A stretch of 32,000 nt of DNA from an uncultured Thiobacillus sp. (GTDB taxonomy: Bacteria; Pseudomonadota; Gammaproteobacteria; Burkholderiales; Thiobacillaceae), in the NCBI GenBank assembly GCA_964466195.1, contig CAYXMQ010000002.1, forward strand, positions 140,401-172,400. The letters are read 5' to 3'. Under the pieces are notes generated by a model that worked only from the letters and a program-made list of their open reading frames with translations, was not told the origin of the DNA and did no database searches. The position numbers and the translations under genes were made by a program. Position 1 is the first letter of the stretch. Each line of letters starts with the position of its first letter. Shown here one piece after another: positions 9,528 through 17,818 of this stretch.

Positions 9528-11258
9528 ATGATCCCGCAGGAATTCATTCAGCAGCTGCTCGACCGCACGGACATCGTCGCACTGATCGAGCGCTACGTGC
9601 CGCTCAAGAAGGCGGGCGCCAACTATCAGGCGCGCTGCCCGTTCCATAACGAGAAGAGCCCGTCCTTCTCGGTCAGCCCGACCAAGCAGTTCTATCACTG
9701 CTTCGGCTGCGGCGTGCATGGCACCGCGATTACTTTTTTGATGGAACATGCCGGCTACAGCTTCATCGACGCCGTCAAGGAACTGGCCGGCCAGGTGGGC
9801 ATGCAGGTGCCGGACGACGGCAAACGCGCGGCGCCGGAAGAAGAAAACCGCCGTGACAAGCTGTACGAATGCATGGACGCCGCCGCAAGGCACTATCGAC
9901 AAGCGCTGAAAACGCACGCAACGGCCATCGCTTATCTGAAACAACGCGGCCTCACCGGCGAATGCGCCGCCCGCTTTGCGCTGGGCGTGGCGAATGACGA
10001 ATGGCAGCCGCTGGCTGGCGTTTTTTCCGACTACCAGGATGAGCTCCTGGTCGAAGCCGGTCTGGTCATCAGCAACAACGACAAACGTTACGATCGCTTT
10101 CGCGATCGCGTCATGTTCCCGATCCGCAACGAGCGTGGCCAAGTCATCGCTTTCGGCGGCCGCATCATGAACAAGGGCGAGCCGAAATATCTCAATTCGC
10201 CGGAAACCCCGCTGTTCCACAAGGGCCGCGAACTTTATGGCCTGTTCGAACACCGACGCGCCATTCAGCACGCAGACCGCGTTTTGGTGGTCGAGGGCTA
10301 TATGGACGTGGTGATGCTGGACCAGCACGGCGTCGATAACGCCGTCGCCACGCTTGGCACCGCGATCACCTCGGACCAGGCAGGGCGGCTGCTGCGCCTG
10401 GCGAATGAAGTGGTGTTCGCGTTCGATGGCGACGCGGCCGGGCGCAAAGCGGCCTGGCGCGCGCTGGAAAACAGCCTGCCGCAGGTGCGCGACGGCAAGT
10501 TGCTCGGTTTCCTGTTTCTGCCTGACGGCGAAGATCCGGACAGCTTCATCCGCACGCAGGGCGCCGAAGCATTCAGAGCGCTATGCGATCAGGCCATGCC
10601 GCTTTCCGACTTCCTGTTCCTCGAACTGAGCAGCCAGACCGACCTCGCCTCGCAAGAGGGCAAAGTACGCCTGGCCACACTGGTGCAGCCCCATCTAGCC
10701 AAACTTACCCAGGCCCCGCTGCTGATGCGCGCGTTGCGGCAACGGCTGGACGAAACGACCGGACTGGGGTCGCCACGCCCGGCGGGCGAGCGTTCGCGCT
10801 TTGCGGGCCGCCCCAACCAAAGCAGCCACAGCGCCGGCGCGCAAGGTCGAGGCGTCGTCCAGCCCGCCTCCTGGCGAATATTGCTGCAAGCCTTGCTGCA
10901 CGACCCCGCCCGCGCCCGCCATTTGACCGACCTGCCCGAGTCCGCCGAGCAGGAAGCCGAAGCGGTGCATGTCGTCATCAGCCTGCTGCGCGAGCACCCG
11001 GAACTGTCGGCGCGAGACATCCCCGATCACTTTCTAAACCGCCCGGAATACGCGTTGATCAAGCTAGCCGCCGCCGAGACCATGCATTGGGATGACGCCT
11101 ACGACAGCGAAGCCGATTTTCAGGGCGCGCTGAGAACGGTCACGACGCAAGCCAGCCGACTCGCAGTCCAGGAGTTTTCCGGGCGCAAGCCGAGCGAGTT
11201 GAGCGAGCTCCAAAAAGCCAACCTGCTGGCTTCGCTCAAGTTGCGGAAACCAGATTGA
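9528..11258 (+). CDS. dnaG: DNA primase
   Basis: 576 aa with a zinc ribbon (CPFHNEKSPSFSVSPTKQFYHCFGCGVHG) and a TOPRIM region (VLVVEGYMDVV, FDGDAAG). Confidence 0.95.
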   Translation: MIPQEFIQQLLDRTDIVALIERYVPLKKAGANYQARCPFHNEKSPSFSVSPTKQFYHCFGCGVHGTAITFLMEHAGYSFIDAVKELAGQVGMQVPDDGKRAAPEEENRRDKLYECMDAAARHYRQALKTHATAIAYLKQRGLTGECAARFALGVANDEWQPLAGVFSDYQDELLVEAGLVISNNDKRYDRFRDRVMFPIRNERGQVIAFGGRIMNKGEPKYLNSPETPLFHKGRELYGLFEHRRAIQHADRVLVVEGYMDVVMLDQHGVDNAVATLGTAITSDQAGRLLRLANEVVFAFDGDAAGRKAAWRALENSLPQVRDGKLLGFLFLPDGEDPDSFIRTQGAEAFRALCDQAMPLSDFLFLELSSQTDLASQEGKVRLATLVQPHLAKLTQAPLLMRALRQRLDETTGLGSPRPAGERSRFAGRPNQSSHSAGAQGRGVVQPASWRILLQALLHDPARARHLTDLPESAEQEAEAVHVVISLLREHPELSARDIPDHFLNRPEYALIKLAAAETMHWDDAYDSEADFQGALRTVTTQASRLAVQEFSGRKPSELSELQKANLLASLKLRKPD

Positions 11259-11313
11259 AGCCGCGCTGTCGAAGCCACCGCGGGCGATCTGAAAACTATC
11301 ACCCAAGTTCCTG

Positions 11314-11319
11314 TATAAT
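11314..11319 (+). promoter_or_regulatory. Candidate -10 box (TATAAT, preceded by TG) upstream of rpoD
   Basis: CTGTATAATATT lies 42 nt upstream of the rpoD ATG. The -35 is weak (TGAAAA about 18 nt upstream). Confidence 0.35.
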
Positions 11320-11360
11320 ATTGCGTTTTTCCGCAGTTTCTCACTGGAGATAGCCCGGCG

Positions 11361-13349
11361 ATGGCGACCAAAACTCTCAATCAGGCCACCCCCGAGGGCG
11401 CACCGGCAATCGAGGCGCCCAAGCGCACTTCCAAGAAAAAGGATGCCGCCAACAAGGCGGCATTGCTTGCCCAGGCGCTAAGCCAACAAAACAGCAAAGT
11501 CGACGTCGAAGAACGGCGCACCCGCCTGAAGAATCTGATCACGCTCGGCAAGGAACGGGGTTATCTGACCTACGCCGAAATCAACGATCACCTGCCGGAT
11601 GAAATGCTCGACGCCGAGCAGATCGAAAGCGTCATCAGCATGATCAACGACATGGGCATCCAGGTGTTTGATCAGGCGCCTGCCGCCGAAGACTTGCTGA
11701 TGTCGGAGAACCCCGCCCCGGTCGCCGATGAAGATGCCGTCGAAGCGGCCGAAGCCGCGCTGTCCAACGTCGACGCCGAATTCGGCCGTACCACTGACCC
11801 GGTACGCATGTATATGCGCGAAATGGGCACCAAGGATCTGCTGACCCGGGAAGGCGAAATTGAAATCGCCAAGCGTATCGAAGAAGGCCTCAAGCACATG
11901 GTGCTGTCCATCTCCGCCTGCCCGCTGACGATTACCCAGATTCTCGAACTGGTCGACAAAGTCGAGAAGGATGAGATGAAAATCGACGACCTGGTCGACG
12001 GGCTGATGGACAGCTCCGGCGAGGATGTCGTCATGGAAGCGACGGCGGCGGCGGCGGCGGCGGCCGAAGAAGCCGAAGCCAACGAAGAAGAAACCGACGA
12101 GGACGATGATGGCGGCGCCGCCATCAACGCGGCCAATCTGGCGCAGTTGCGCGCCGATGCACTGGAACGTTTTTCCGCGATCCGCAAGATCAACGACAAG
12201 ATGCGCCCCGCCCTCAACAAATACGGCTTCACCAGCCCCCAGTATCAGAAGCTGCAGGGCGAGCTGTCCAATCTGCTCATGGGCATACGCTTCAGCGCGC
12301 GTCAGGTCGACAACCTGTGCAGCAGCGTGCGCCATATCGTCGAGGAAGTGCGCAGCCATGAACGCGTCATCATGGACTTGGCCGTCGCCAAGAGCGGTAT
12401 GCCGCGCGCCCATTTCATCAAGACCTTTCCGGGCCTGGAAGGCAACGACACCTGGCTGGCCCAGGAACTGAGCGCCAAGTCGAATTACCAGGAGCAACTG
12501 GCCCGGCACCAGTACATCATCCTTGAACGCCAGTCCAAGTTGCGCGCTTTGCAGCAACATGCCGGCATTCCGGTCAAAGAACTGAAGGACATCAACAAGA
12601 AGATGTCCACCGGCGAAGCCAAAGCGCGTCGCGCCAAGCGTGAAATGATCGAGGCCAACCTGCGCCTGGTCATCTCCATCGCCAAGAAATACACCAACCG
12701 CGGCCTGCAGTTCCTCGACCTGATCCAGGAAGGCAACATCGGCCTGATGAAGGCGGTAGACAAGTTCGAATACCGTCGCGGCTACAAGTTCTCGACCTAC
12801 GCCACCTGGTGGATACGCCAAGCCATCACCCGTTCCATCGCCGATCAGGCGCGCACCATCCGAATTCCGGTGCACATGATCGAGACGATCAACAAGATGA
12901 ATCGGATATCCCGCCAGATCCTGCAGGAAACCGGCCTGGAACCCGATCCGGCGACGTTGGCGGAAAAGATGGAGATGCCGGAGGACAAGATTCGCAAGAT
13001 CATGAAGATTTCCAAGGAGCCGATCTCGATGGAAACGCCGATCGGCGACGACGAAGACTCGCATCTGGGCGACTTCATCGAGGACCAATCCACGCTGGCG
13101 CCGGCCGAAGCCGCGATGTACAGCAGCCTGCAATTCGTCACTCAGGAAATCCTCGACAGCCTGACGCCGCGCGAAGCCAAGGTGCTGCGCATGCGCTTCG
13201 GCATCGAAATGAACACCGACCACACGCTTGAAGAAGTCGGCAAACAATTCGACGTTACGCGCGAACGCATTCGCCAGATCGAGGCCAAAGCGTTGCGAAA
13301 ATTGCGTCATCCATCACGTTCAGAGCGGCTGCGCAGCTTCCTGGACTAA
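11361..13349 (+). CDS. rpoD: RNA polymerase sigma factor RpoD (sigma70)
   Basis: 662 aa with an acidic non-conserved region. Region 2 ([54 protein letters not shown]) and region 4 ([30 protein letters not shown]) are present. Confidence 0.97.
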   Translation: MATKTLNQATPEGAPAIEAPKRTSKKKDAANKAALLAQALSQQNSKVDVEERRTRLKNLITLGKERGYLTYAEINDHLPDEMLDAEQIESVISMINDMGIQVFDQAPAAEDLLMSENPAPVADEDAVEAAEAALSNVDAEFGRTTDPVRMYMREMGTKDLLTREGEIEIAKRIEEGLKHMVLSISACPLTITQILELVDKVEKDEMKIDDLVDGLMDSSGEDVVMEATAAAAAAAEEAEANEEETDEDDDGGAAINAANLAQLRADALERFSAIRKINDKMRPALNKYGFTSPQYQKLQGELSNLLMGIRFSARQVDNLCSSVRHIVEEVRSHERVIMDLAVAKSGMPRAHFIKTFPGLEGNDTWLAQELSAKSNYQEQLARHQYIILERQSKLRALQQHAGIPVKELKDINKKMSTGEAKARRAKREMIEANLRLVISIAKKYTNRGLQFLDLIQEGNIGLMKAVDKFEYRRGYKFSTYATWWIRQAITRSIADQARTIRIPVHMIETINKMNRISRQILQETGLEPDPATLAEKMEMPEDKIRKIMKISKEPISMETPIGDDEDSHLGDFIEDQSTLAPAEAAMYSSLQFVTQEILDSLTPREAKVLRMRFGIEMNTDHTLEEVGKQFDVTRERIRQIEAKALRKLRHPSRSERLRSFLD

Positions 13350-13362
13350 TATGCTTTACCTC

Positions 13363-13382
13363 AAGGCGGGGCAACCCGCCTT
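13363..13382 (+). other. Stem-loop between rpoD and tRNA (AAGGCGGG-GCAA-CCCGCCTT)
   Basis: 8-bp stem with a GNRA-like loop and no T tract. It ends 3 nt before the tRNA 5' end. Possible terminator or processing structure. Confidence 0.45.
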
Positions 13383-13385
13383 GCC

Positions 13386-13462
13386 GGGCCTGTAGCTCAG
13401 TTGGTTAGAGCAGAGGACTCATAATCCTTTGGTCCACGGTTCAAGTCCGTGCGGGCCCACCA
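13386..13462 (+). tRNA. tRNA with CAT anticodon (tRNA-Ile2/lysidine type likely, elongator tRNA-Met not excluded)
   Basis: 77-nt cloverleaf. Acceptor GGGCCTG/CGGGCCC, D stem GCTC/GAGC, anticodon stem GAGGA/TCCTT with loop CTCATAA, T arm CACGG-TTCAAGT-CCGTG, encoded CCA. From memory the body (TTGGTC variable loop, GGTTCAAGTCC) is closer to E. coli ileX, which also lies just downstream of rpoD. Confidence 0.93.
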
Positions 13463-13464
13463 AA
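13416..13464 (+). repeat. attL core (49-bp direct repeat, part of the intact tRNA)
   Basis: GACTCATAATCCTTTGGTCCACGGTTCAAGTCCGTGCGGGCCCACCAAA is identical to 22699-22747. It starts in the anticodon stem/loop and runs 2 nt past CCA. Confidence 0.88.
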
Positions 13465-13468
13465 AAAC

Positions 13469-13502
13469 AAGGACTTAGGAAAACCTAAGTCCTTTTTCTT
13501 TT
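13469..13502 (+). terminator. Rho-independent terminator immediately after the tRNA, encoded on the prophage side of attL
   Basis: AAGGACTTAGG-AAAA-CCTAAGTCCTT (11-bp stem) followed by TTTTTCTTTT. Confidence 0.75.
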
Positions 13503-13509
13503 GTCGCTG

Positions 13510-14532
13510 TCAACCAAGTGTCAACCGCGCCAGCGGATTCAGCGCAACCGCCTCTTTCAAATGATCCGGCGCTAGGTGTGAATAGCGCATAGTCATTTGC
13601 AAAGACGAATGTCCTAGAACCTTCTGCAAAACCAGAATATTCCCGCCGTTCATCATGAAATGAGACGCGAAGGTATGCCGCAAAACGTGGGTCAACTGAC
13701 CTCGTGGCAAGACCAAGCCTGAACGCTCTACCGCCTCTCGAAACGCCCCCATGCAGGCAAAGAAATACCGGGAAGCCATCGGAGCCGCATCGCCATAGCG
13801 TTCTACCAGGTGAGCATTTAATTCTGAAACCAAAGCATCAGAAACCGGCACTGACCGATTTTTACCGCTCTTCGTCTCAGAAAAATGCACCGCCCCACCG
13901 CGAATTTGCGAAACCCGCAATTCTTCCGCCTCGCTCCATCTGGCCCCGGTCGCCAGGCAAACCCGAGCAACCAACAGCGCATCTCCTCGTTTCCCCTCCG
14001 ACAACGAATCCAATAACCCTTGAATCTGCTCCATCGTAAGAAACGACAATTCCCGCTCTGAGATCTTGATCTGACGAAGCGACTCCAACGGATTCACTCC
14101 GGTAAACATCCCCAGCCTGCCTAGCTCATTGAACACGGCACGCAAGTACGCATGTTCCCTGTTCAACGTCTGCGAATTCTTCCCGGCAGAAACCCGAGCA
14201 GCCCGATAAGTCGCAAACACATCAGCCGAAAAATCCGAAACAAATGGATCGCCCATAGCCGAGCAAGCAGCAAGCAAGCGTAATCGGGTGTTCTCACCGC
14301 TTCCCAGTGCAACGCCATGATGCGTAAACCAAAGCCCTACCAGCTCGGAGAGTCGCCGTCGATCCCGAACGGCCGGAGCCCATTCCGGAGAAACCCGCAC
14401 CTTTTCCTTCAACCAAGCTTCATAAGCCAGCGCCTCGCCCTTGGTTGCCAGGGTTTTACGAAACCGTTTACCCCCGCGTCCACCTGGTTGCAGATCCACA
14501 ATCCAACCGGCAGAGCATTTCTTTATCGCCAT
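13510..14532 (-). CDS. int: Phage tyrosine integrase
   Basis: 340 aa. C-terminal catalytic domain has ATGARWSEA (Arg I), HVLRHTFASH (His-x-x-Arg) and LGHSSLQMTMRYSH (His/Tyr). Located adjacent to attL. Confidence 0.92.
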   Translation of the reverse strand: MAIKKCSAGWIVDLQPGGRGGKRFRKTLATKGEALAYEAWLKEKVRVSPEWAPAVRDRRRLSELVGLWFTHHGVALGSGENTRLRLLAACSAMGDPFVSDFSADVFATYRAARVSAGKNSQTLNREHAYLRAVFNELGRLGMFTGVNPLESLRQIKISERELSFLTMEQIQGLLDSLSEGKRGDALLVARVCLATGARWSEAEELRVSQIRGGAVHFSETKSGKNRSVPVSDALVSELNAHLVERYGDAAPMASRYFFACMGAFREAVERSGLVLPRGQLTHVLRHTFASHFMMNGGNILVLQKVLGHSSLQMTMRYSHLAPDHLKEAVALNPLARLTLG

Positions 14533-15278
14533 TACGACCCCGGATATATTGCCAACCGATCATCGCTTTGTTGCATTCTTAATAATCGCAAAACATTCAT
14601 TCCAAGCAATGGCTGTTCATTTTTTTCGTTGATACCAATCTCAACATTGTGAAAAATAAAGCTTCCGAATACCAAAGACTCCACAATCGCAATACAACCA
14701 TCAGCCAATCCGTTTGCAGTTTTAAACTTTGTTTTACGGCAATGAGTCACGCCGGCTCTCGAAGCCACTTCATTACTTACAGATACATAAGTAGCACCTG
14801 TATCTATCATGAAAACAACCGGAAAACCATTTACCGATCCTGACGAGAAGTAATGCCCGTCTTTACCTGCAACCAGTACGATTGCGTCCCCTTTTACGTA
14901 TTCGGCTCTATTACCCATTTTTGCAACCGGTATCTTAGGTTCGTTCGAATACCTTACTTCTTCATCACTATTTTTTCTGCTTAATTCATTTGCCAATCTA
15001 TTATTATTCTCAATTATTTCTTTTGTTCTTTTTTCTCCATTCCATTTGCCGCTATGATTGTTGTTTATATTCCTAATCACCAAAAAAACAATTAGGAAAA
15101 GCAAAACATTAATTAGCCATGGACGTGCATTCAATTTGAAAGGCTTTTCACTTTCATTACTATTTGAATCACTATATGAATCGTTTTCTCTATTACTTCT
15201 ATATAGTTTAGGGTCGTAATTGCTTCCTTTTGCCTTATCTCCGTTTTCCTTCATGTAGTCTCGTTCGTAAATTCCCAT
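14532..15278 (-). CDS. Membrane-anchored retropepsin-like (clan AA, TIGR02281-type) aspartic protease; AT-rich phage cargo gene
   Basis: 248 aa. N-terminus MGIYERDYM, TM helix PWLINVLLFLIVFLVIRNI, and a C-terminal domain with FMIDTGATYVSV, TANG and PLLGMNVL motifs. Stop overlaps the int ATG (TAATG). Confidence 0.75.
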   Translation of the reverse strand: MGIYERDYMKENGDKAKGSNYDPKLYRSNRENDSYSDSNSNESEKPFKLNARPWLINVLLFLIVFLVIRNINNNHSGKWNGEKRTKEIIENNNRLANELSRKNSDEEVRYSNEPKIPVAKMGNRAEYVKGDAIVLVAGKDGHYFSSGSVNGFPVVFMIDTGATYVSVSNEVASRAGVTHCRKTKFKTANGLADGCIAIVESLVFGSFIFHNVEIGINEKNEQPLLGMNVLRLLRMQQSDDRLAIYPGS

Positions 15279-15331
15279 CGCGCTCCCCTCCCTTTATCTT
15301 CTTGAAAACCAGCGTCGGAGCGCCACCGCGG

Positions 15332-15613
15332 CTATGCGGCTTCCCTCCCCGCCTTCTTTAAGTCTTTCTGAATACGTTCAAGGACTGGCGAAGTATGACC
15401 ATGTAATTCATCCGTTTGACCTGTCACCAGCCAGTATGCATATCGCGGGAAAGCCTTACCTACTGCTTCGATCATTTCATCATTAGCCCGCTGCTTGCCC
15501 TGACCTAAGTTCTGCCACTTCTGAGCGCTGATGCCAGTGAGCTCGCTGAAGTGTTTGAACTTCCTGTGACCTTCTGTCACGTAATCAATAATTTCCAGTA
15601 TTCGTTCTCGCAT
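15332..15613 (-). CDS. Putative prophage repressor (small HTH protein)
   Basis: 93 aa with a candidate HTH (FSELTGISAQKWQNLGQGKQ). Divergent from the excisionase-like gene across an operator-containing 84-bp region. Placement is analogous to the Pf4r/XisF4 pair of Pf4. Confidence 0.55.
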   Translation of the reverse strand: MRERILEIIDYVTEGHRKFKHFSELTGISAQKWQNLGQGKQRANDEMIEAVGKAFPRYAYWLVTGQTDELHGHTSPVLERIQKDLKKAGREAA

Positions 15614-15615
15614 GC

Positions 15616-15661
15616 AGTAAAAGATACTTGACGTTTGCCACTATGTAAGTAGAATTTACTT
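15616..15661 (+). promoter_or_regulatory. Early promoter (TTGACG-16 nt-TAGAAT) overlapped by two AGTA-N5-TACTT inverted repeats (candidate operators)
   Basis: -35 TTGACG at 15628-15633 and -10 TAGAAT at 15650-15655. Dyads are AGTAaaagaTACTT (15616-15629) and AAGTAgaattTACTT (15647-15661), with centres 32 bp apart. Confidence 0.55.
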
Positions 15662-15697
15662 CATCGAGTATGCAAAGACTCGTAATGGCTTACAAAG

Positions 15698-15919
15698 GTG
15701 CATGACGTGGACTTTACCCCACCTGAAACGATGCCTCAACTTCCCATGGTGCCTTTCATGCACCGGGATTTGTTCGCCCAGCAGGTAGGTGTCACAACAG
15801 ATGTAGTTACCGGCTGGATCAACAAGGGCTACATCCCCACCTTCGAAGTTGGCAAATACAACCTGGTCAACGTCGCCTTGCTCAACAAGCTATGTCTTGA
15901 GAAGGAATTCCGGTTGTGA
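15698..15919 (+). CDS. Excisionase-family / MerR-like HTH DNA-binding protein
   Basis: 73 aa. FAQQVGVTTDVVTGWINKGYIPTFEVGKYNLVNVALL matches the excisionase-type winged-HTH pattern. GTG start at 15698 is uncertain, because in-frame ATGs follow. Confidence 0.6.
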   Translation: MHDVDFTPPETMPQLPMVPFMHRDLFAQQVGVTTDVVTGWINKGYIPTFEVGKYNLVNVALLNKLCLEKEFRL

Positions 15920-16035
15920 CCTACACATTCCCGGCCTTCCTCCTGCGCTTCTGCGCCCGGGTTCACCCGATACCGTTCTACGTATCGACCGGCCGTTTTG
16001 CCACGATTCGCCCTCTTAAGCATCTCTGGCCCTGA
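15916..16035 (+). CDS. Hypothetical 39-aa phage ORF (below ORF-track cutoff)
   Basis: GTG overlaps the xis-like stop (GTGA) and its TGA overlaps the next ATG (TGATG). Translation is MTYTFPAFLLRFCARVHPIPFYVSTGRFATIRPLKHLWP. The only support is the coupling pattern. Confidence 0.3.
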   Translation: MTYTFPAFLLRFCARVHPIPFYVSTGRFATIRPLKHLWP

Positions 16036-16244
16036 TGCTTCGCCTATCTGACAGCCAGTTAAACGACTGGATTGAAGAAAATGGGCCTGTTCCAGCAGGC
16101 TACGGCGCTTTTGCCGCATGGCTCGATCTCTGCGACAAAGAACATCAAGACAGCCTTGCGCAGTTACGCCGCGATCTGGATTCACCTGACGCCCCGAAGT
16201 TCTTCTTTGTGCCAGGTGTCGGCATGTCGGATTGTCCTTTCTGA
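16035..16244 (+). CDS. Hypothetical phage protein (69 aa, acidic)
   Basis: ORF-track entry. Same strand as the phage module, with TGATG coupling at both ends. Confidence 0.45.
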   Translation: MLRLSDSQLNDWIEENGPVPAGYGAFAAWLDLCDKEHQDSLAQLRRDLDSPDAPKFFFVPGVGMSDCPF

Positions 16245-16555
16245 TGTACGCCGCGCCATTCTGCATTCCCGACCATTGGCTGCGTCTGATCCAGGCCGGC
16301 TTTACTCATTCCAGAAACGAAAAACTTGAAGCTCAACGTGCCCGTGCTGCTCATGCCCGCGATTGTCGGCAATCCAAGCGTGAATTCCTTCAAAAGCAGG
16401 GTGATTTGTTCGATCAGGTGCAAGAAATCGGAGCCCGTACAGGCGCGCGAAGCGCGACTGCTAGGGCCCCGATTTCGCAGCAAAACGCCCTCGAATCCGA
16501 GGCCTCTTTTTTTGTTCGCGGGCGTAGTAGCACCGCGTATCAGTCTCATAAATGA
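16244..16555 (+). CDS. Hypothetical phage protein (103 aa from ATG 16244; ORF opens at 16232)
   Basis: ATG 16244 overlaps the preceding TGA. Basic and helical (EKLEAQRARAAHARDCRQSKREFLQKQ). No family recognised. Confidence 0.4.
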   Translation: MYAAPFCIPDHWLRLIQAGFTHSRNEKLEAQRARAAHARDCRQSKREFLQKQGDLFDQVQEIGARTGARSATARAPISQQNALESEASFFVRGRSSTAYQSHK

Positions 16556-16571
16556 GATTTAAGGCAAATTG

Positions 16572-17807
16572 ATGGCAATCGACACAATCCGCCTCCGTTC
16601 TCCTTTCATTTCTGAGCAATTGGCCCATGAAATCGAGATGCAATGCATACGTCGTTCGGCGGTATCCCTTGCCTCTGGCGAAATTCTTTATGAAATAACC
16701 AGCGGTGATCTTCGGGGATCATGGGATTCAAGAATCATGGTCAAGGTCAGGCGTGAAGAATTCGAGACTGCTACAACTGGGCGTCCCCGTCTGGTCGATT
16801 GTGAGCCTTATATCATCCTTGAATGTTCAGCCCATAAAGTCCTCATGGGTCACAACATTTATGGGGGTCCGACGAACTTTCGTGAGACCTGCGTCACCAT
16901 TCTCGAAATCATGGAAGGTATTCTCCAGGTTGATCTACCAGGCGTCGCAACTTGGTTGGTTCAACGTGTGGATTGGGCTGAGGTTTATCGCCTCCCCTTT
17001 GCCGGCATTCAGGAATTCTTCGAAGGCATTTACACCATTCAATTTCCTCGCCGGAATAAATCGGCGTCGAAACATGGCAGCCACTCGCTGCATATCCCTG
17101 GTACTACAACCACGGTCAAGCTCTATCACAAAGGCCCCGAGTTCTATGAACACGACGGGAAACGCCTGAAACGCTTTTTATCCGCCTATTACACCTTCAC
17201 CAATTCCATTACTACCGAAACCCCTAATGGACGTACCCGCCATTGCTCCATTAATCCGGAAGTGCTTAATCAAATGGTCAATAAAAAGATTAGCGCATTA
17301 CAGCGCCTCGCAAACAACCGCTTACGCGCAGAAGTAGGCATTAACTCTGAGAAGTTGGATTACGACTTTGGCCACCGGCCGCAAGTGCATGAAGTGACAG
17401 ACGACTACCTCAAAGGTGTCCACGACAAGGAAATCATGCGGCTATTGAAGGAAGGAAAAAGCGATATGGAAACAGTTCGAAAAACCAAGGATGTCTCTCG
17501 ACGTCTTAACGCTGTTTATGGCGACACCATTGGAAACCGTCTTTTCGGCTTCTGGCTCCAGTTGGCAGCAAACGGTGAAGAGGAAGTATCACGGCGTATG
17601 AAGCGCCCTTCCTTCTATCGCAACCGTAAATCTCTTATGGATGCTGGAGTTAATTGGACAGGTTCTGACGTTGTTATCGTCGCCAACGATTCCGCCCTTC
17701 CGAAAGACTTCCGCCCCCTGCGTACCGATCCTCGCGTCTGCACTCTGCCGGCCCGAAAACCCGCGTATCTATTCGATCGCGAATTCCTCCTGAAATTAGC
17801 CGCCTGA
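16572..17807 (+). CDS. Rolling-circle replication initiation protein, filamentous-phage gene II/X family
   Basis: 411 aa. N-terminal MAIDTIRLRSPF and ECSAHKVLMGHNIYGG resemble the conserved MIDxL and PxKxLxGHNxxG blocks of gpII-type initiators. AAGG lies 7 nt upstream of ATG 16572. Confidence 0.78.
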   Translation: MAIDTIRLRSPFISEQLAHEIEMQCIRRSAVSLASGEILYEITSGDLRGSWDSRIMVKVRREEFETATTGRPRLVDCEPYIILECSAHKVLMGHNIYGGPTNFRETCVTILEIMEGILQVDLPGVATWLVQRVDWAEVYRLPFAGIQEFFEGIYTIQFPRRNKSASKHGSHSLHIPGTTTTVKLYHKGPEFYEHDGKRLKRFLSAYYTFTNSITTETPNGRTRHCSINPEVLNQMVNKKISALQRLANNRLRAEVGINSEKLDYDFGHRPQVHEVTDDYLKGVHDKEIMRLLKEGKSDMETVRKTKDVSRRLNAVYGDTIGNRLFGFWLQLAANGEEEVSRRMKRPSFYRNRKSLMDAGVNWTGSDVVIVANDSALPKDFRPLRTDPRVCTLPARKPAYLFDREFLLKLAA

Positions 17808-17818
17808 AAGGAAACATC

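Noticed and set aside
12030-12125. GCG/GAA trinucleotide-rich tract in rpoD (GCGGCGGCGGCGGCGGCGGCC... encoding [21 protein letters not shown]) as a possible slippage or contingency locus.
   Set aside because: It lies in the acidic non-conserved linker that is naturally low-complexity in sigma70. The repeat is short (about 7 units) and in frame in an essential gene, and there is no evidence of phase variation.
11478-13310. 610-aa ORF antisense to rpoD. Similar long antisense ORFs lie at 24422-25681 (dxs), 9300-10328 (dnaG), 25778-26653 (folE2), 3729-4403 (DUF853), 27376-27993 (GATase) and 29397-30002 (GGDEF).
   Set aside because: This is the classic high-GC artefact, where stop codons are rare on the antisense strand of GC3-rich genes. 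The products are Arg/Gly/Ala/His-rich with no motifs, while the sense-strand genes are unmistakable.
15829-16266. 145-aa minus-strand ORF in the prophage early region.
   Set aside because: It overlaps three plus-strand ORFs that are linked by stop/start coupling and share the orientation of the phage module. The product is Arg-rich with no motif. It is kept only as an alternative in finding 15916-16555.
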